Origin: Azolla caroliniana
Taxonomy: Eukaryota > Plantae > Polypodiophyta
Direction of reading: 5' to 3'
DNA: 64,000 nt
Assembly (NCBI GenBank): GCA_043228905.1
Contig: JBHGNT010000001.1
Location: 24,428,001 to 24,492,000, forward strand
In this document: positions 59,661 to 64,000 of the stretch, piece after piece
How the letters are laid out: each line of letters opens with the position of its first letter
Numbering within the stretch: the stretch's first letter is position 1
Notes under the pieces: generated by a model
The model's database searches: none
The model's input: only the letters and a program-made list of their open reading frames with translations
What the model was told of the DNA's origin: nothing
Made by a program: the position numbers and the translations under genes

Positions 59661-62600
59661 ATGGCTACTGTTAGTGCCCAAGAATATCAATCCGTTTTCT
59701 CCGAGTTACAGTGCCTCAAAGAAAAGTTTGTTGCCCTGGAACAAGAAAACCAATGGTTGATAGGGGATCTGCAACAAATCGCTCTCGAAAAACAACAAAT
59801 CGATGTATTTGACAAGGTAAAAGCTGGTACCCTTCCTTATCACCGTCCCTATGACTGTCCCATTGATTTACAACCAGGAACCGAGCCACCATGGGGACCA
59901 ATTTACAACTTGTCACCCACCGAGTTAGAAGTCCTTCGAGCCTACATAGAGGAGAACTTGGCAAGCGGGTTCATCTGTCATTCGAAATCTCCGGCCGGTG
60001 CACCCATCTTCTTTGTCAAGAAGAAAGATGGCTCACTTCGTCTCGTCGTTGATTACTGCGGATTGAATAAGGTCACCATTCGGAATAGGTATGCACTTCC
60101 TCTTATATCAAGTCTTTTAGAGCAAGTTAATGGTGCCAAGTTTTTTACCAAAATCGATCTACGAGGAGCGTATAACCTCGTGCGGATCCGACCGGGAGAT
60201 GAATGGAAGACCGCCTTTCTCATGCGGTATGGGCATTTCGAGTATACTGTTATGCCGTTCGGCCTAACCAATGCACCCGCAGTCTTCCAACACATGGCAA
60301 ATGATATATTCAGAGACCTCTTGGATATCTGTTTGATCATCTATCTTGATGATCTATTGATTTATTCGAAGACCCAGCAAGAGCACGATTCTCATGTACT
60401 ATTAGTACTAAAGCGACTCCGCGAGAATGGTCTTTATGCCAAGCTAGAAAAATGTAGCTTTGACTGCAAGCAAGTGGAATTTCTAGGCTATGTCATCTCC
60501 TCAAAGGGCATCGCCATGGATCTAGCTAAAGTCCAAACTGTACTAGAGTGGCAAATTCCACGGTCGGTACGAGATGTACAATGTTTTCTAGGTTTTGCTA
60601 ACTTCTACCGTAATTTTATACAGGATTACTCGAAGATTATCTTACCCCTCACACAACTTACGAAGAAGGGCCAATCATTTCTTTGGTCCATTGAAGCAGA
60701 TATGGCTTTTCGGCATCTTAAGAAAGCCTTTACATCAGCACCGATTCTAGCTCATGTGGATACTAGCAAACCATTCATCATGGAGGCCGATGCTTCAGAT
60801 TTCGCCCTCGGTAGCATCCTTTCTCAACAAGGAGATAAAGAAGAGTTGCATCCGGTGGCTTTCCATTCGCGCAAATTCGATGTTGCAGAAATCAACTACG
60901 AAATACATGACAAGGAGTTATTAGCCATCGTGGATTCATTTGTGCAATGGCGGCATTTCTTAGAGGGCTCTCCACATCAGGTTGTTGTCTTTAGTGATCA
61001 TAAAAATCTTGCTTATTTCTAGAACGCTCGCGTACTAAATCGACGGCAAGCTCGGTGGGCGCAATTCCTCACGCGTTTCGACTTCAAAATCACATATCGA
61101 CCGGGGAAGCAGCAAGGAAAAGTAGATGCACTATCACGATGTTCATATCTTGCACCTCGTCCTGGTGATCCAACATTTGATAATCAAAAGCAAGTAATCT
61201 TGGGACCAACACGATTGCACACGACGCGGATTTTTCACACCCCAATGGATTCACGGATTACCGATGACATACGTGCAAACTTGAAGACGGATAGTTTTGC
61301 TCAAGACATCCTGGCGCACATTGATACTTCTCGAGCATCTTGTTCTCAGTCTCAACAACCAGGTATTGACTACCGACAATTTGAATATCATGATGGTTTG
61401 TTATTCTTTAAAAAGCGCGTATATGTCCCCAATTGCTCCTGTCGCCTTCAAATCGTCCAGTATTGTCACGACACCCATACGACGGGACATTTCGGTAATA
61501 CTACGACGTTGGAGCTAGTGCAATGATCTTTTTGGTGGCCCCACATGCGCCGTTTTGTTGACGACTACGTTCGGACCTGTGATGCTTGCTTCCGAGCAAA
61601 GATGCCACGACACTATCCATATGGCTTGTTGGAACCCTTACCGATTCCAAGTAAGCCGTGGCAGTCTATTTGTCTTGATTTTATCACAGATCTACCGGTC
61701 TCGCAGGGGTTCGTTGCTATCTTAACCGTCGTCGATCGATATACGAAGATGGCACATTTTGTTCCGTGTACTAAGGTCATCACTAGCGAGGAAACCGCCA
61801 CCCTAGTCATGCGTGAGGTATTTCGGCATCATGGCCTCCCAGACAGTATCATCAGTGACCGAGGACCGCAATTTGTCTCCAAATTTTGGTAGCATCTCTT
61901 CAAGATGCTCAAGGTCTCTTGCAACCTCTCCTCCGGCTACCATCCTCAGACCGATGGGCAGGCAGAACGAACAAACCAAACGTTGGAGCAATATCTCCGG
62001 TGTTTCCCGAGTTATCAACAGGACGATTGGGCCGAGATTCTCCACTTTGCGGAGTTTGCATATAATAATGCTGTTCACTCCTCGACTCGAGTCTCCCCAT
62101 TCTACGCTTATACCGGTTCTCATCCTCGCTGGTCGGTGATCGACACCCCGGAGCTACCTACCAATCCTCATGCCGGGGATCATTTGGAGAGACTACGCAA
62201 GATCCAGACAGATCTCTCGACTCATCTTCGTCATGCTCAACCGACACAGAAGACTTACGCGGATCGTCATTGGCTTCCCTCCTCTTTTGCCATCGGAGAT
62301 CGAGTATGGCTCTTACGTTGTCACATCAAGACTACTTGACCGTGCGACAAGTTGGATTATCGACGACTCGGTCCTTTCCGTATTACGGGTAAATTTAATG
62401 ATGTCACATTCCGTCTTGATCTCCCTCAGCAGCTTCAGATACATCCGGTTTTCCATTGTTCTCTTCTTGAACCTTATAAAGCAAACACCATTCCCGATCG
62501 TGTTACACCACCGCCGCCCCCGCTGGAGTTGGACGCCGGCCCGGAGTATGAAGTTGCTGCCATTCTCGATTCCAAACTTATTCGCAACAAACTTTATTAT

Positions 62601-62756
62601 TTGGTCGATTGGGTTGGTTATAGTCCGAGAGAACGCACTTGGGAACCCGTCGAGCATGTTGCCAATGCTCAGGATCTGCTTGCTGATTTCCACCGAAAGT
62701 ATCGGGACAAACCCGGTCCGCAATCAGTGCCGACTCGTTCCACTCGTCGTCTTTAA
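59661..62756 (+). pseudogene. Fused gag N-terminus-RT-RH-INT-chromodomain frame with point stops
   Basis: LPYHRPYDCPIDL, KIDLRGAYNL, YLDDLL, EADASDFALG, SDRGPQF, YHPQTDGQAER, GPF, EYEVAAILDSK...YYLVDWVGY...TWEP. Confidence 0.93.
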
Positions 62757-64000
62757 GGGGGAGATAGTGTCATGATATGGCAAGACTCGAACCCATGACC
62801 TTATGGTATATGGGTCGAACTCTTAACCATCACACCATCTATTGTAATTCATAGGATATTATTTTCATTTATGTTTTATTATAAGAAAGTAATGTATATT
62901 CCAGATTTCTCTGGAACATTCTAGAAGTTTCAGGATTACTCTTGACAACACTATAAAAGAAGGCACTAGGCATTATGTTGAACCAAATTGGTTCAACGCT
63001 AGTCTTAAGCCTCTCAGCCGCTTTGTACTTAATTTTTCACATAAAATATTAGCTGCTGTCATCATCTTTCTCTCTCTCTCCTCTTCTCACTTCCTCTCTC
63101 GGGAATCTTACGCAGTCCCGTCCTCTTAGTACTAATAGTACTTCTCTTCTTAGTACTAATTCCATCTCTACTTTAGTACTATTCCTAACAGCTAGTATCT
63201 GTCTTGCCGGGCCCAAGTCTTTCATTGAGAAAGTTTGGTTGAGAGCCTTCTTCAGCATCCGTATTTTGGCTTGGTCCCGTCCGACGATCAACATGTCGTC
63301 CATGTACAGAAGGAGTATCAGGAAGTCGCCTCCTTCAAACTTCTTCACAAACACGCAATGATCAGTTTGCGTTTTGTGATACTCTTGGTCGGTCATGAAG
63401 GAGTCGAACTTCCGGTACCATTGTCAGGGAGCCTGCTTCAGTCCATACATGCTCTTCTTCAACCGGAAAACCAGGTGTTCCTTCCCTTTCTCCACTAATC
63501 CTTCCGGTTGCTACATGTAGATCTCCTCTTCGAGGTCACCGTGAAGGAATGCCGTCTTCACGTCTAGCTGCTCTACCTCGAGGTCCATGCTTGCCGCTAT
63601 ACTCAACACCGTTCGAATGGAAGTCATCTTTACTACCGGGGCAAATATCTCGTCGAAGTCCACGCCCTTCTTTTGCTGGAACCCCTTCACCACGATCCTG
63701 GCTTTGTATCTCGGGGGGTTGCCAGCATCTCTTGGTTTCAACTTGTACACCCACTTGTTTCGGAGTGCCCGCTTTCCTTTCGGAAACTCCACCAATTCGT
63801 ACGTATGTTTCTCATGCAGGGAATCCATCTCATCCTGCATGGCACTTAACCATTTGCGGCTATGGGTGTCACTTTTAGCTTCCTCGAAGCTTTTTGGCTC
63901 CCCCTCATCAGTTAGCAACACGTGCTCTGGATCCGGAAATCTCCGGGGGGCCCTTCTCTCTCTGAGAAGATATCTGCGTCCTTGGGCTTCGGTAACCGGC

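Larger units (their letters stand above)
59164..63190 (+). mobile_element. Tcn1/Tf1-like chromovirus (Gypsy) with most of gag and the protease deleted
   Basis: 423-bp LTRs 59164-59586 and 62768-63190; TSD cctag/gctag (4 of 5 match); PPT aagggggagatag; RT-RH-INT-chromodomain. Confidence 0.96.
57842..64000 (-). mobile_element. Second Tork-like Copia (relative of 34177-39919): 3' LTR 57842-58308, RH and RT; interrupted by the chromovirus; continues beyond the window
   Basis: Same PPT and closely similar RT/RH peptides; LTR lacks the 54-bp array. Confidence 0.92.

Overview
Nuclear genomic DNA of a land plant, most likely a fern: the plastid-derived inserts carry many unedited codons at typical C-to-U (and possibly U-to-C) editing positions. 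Positions 1-40134 and 57470-64000 are stacks of nested LTR retrotransposons. These include a non-chromovirus Gypsy with an accessory ORF, a complete fungal-Ylt1-like Gypsy with a 4-bp TSD, a tRNA-Trp PBS and a -1 frameshift signal after the protease, a complete Tnt1/Tork-like Copia with a 54-bp tandem array in its LTRs, several truncated Copia elements, and a Tcn1/Tf1-like chromovirus. A ~6.6-kb shuffled mosaic of short plastid fragments interrupts the first Gypsy. The only host gene is an intact 8-exon WNK kinase (47843-51920, 727 aa) in AT-rich DNA. Best leads: (1) the chromovirus LTR combines a self-priming signal, a hairpin overlapping the primer, and an antisense tRNA-like Pol III promoter; (2) a Copia family has a duplicated PPT and a conserved ~190-aa extension after RNase H; (3) the Ylt1-like element and its frameshift/pseudoknot; (4) the plastid mosaic. 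All counts and alignments were done by eye; lineage names are motif-based and need phylogenetic confirmation.
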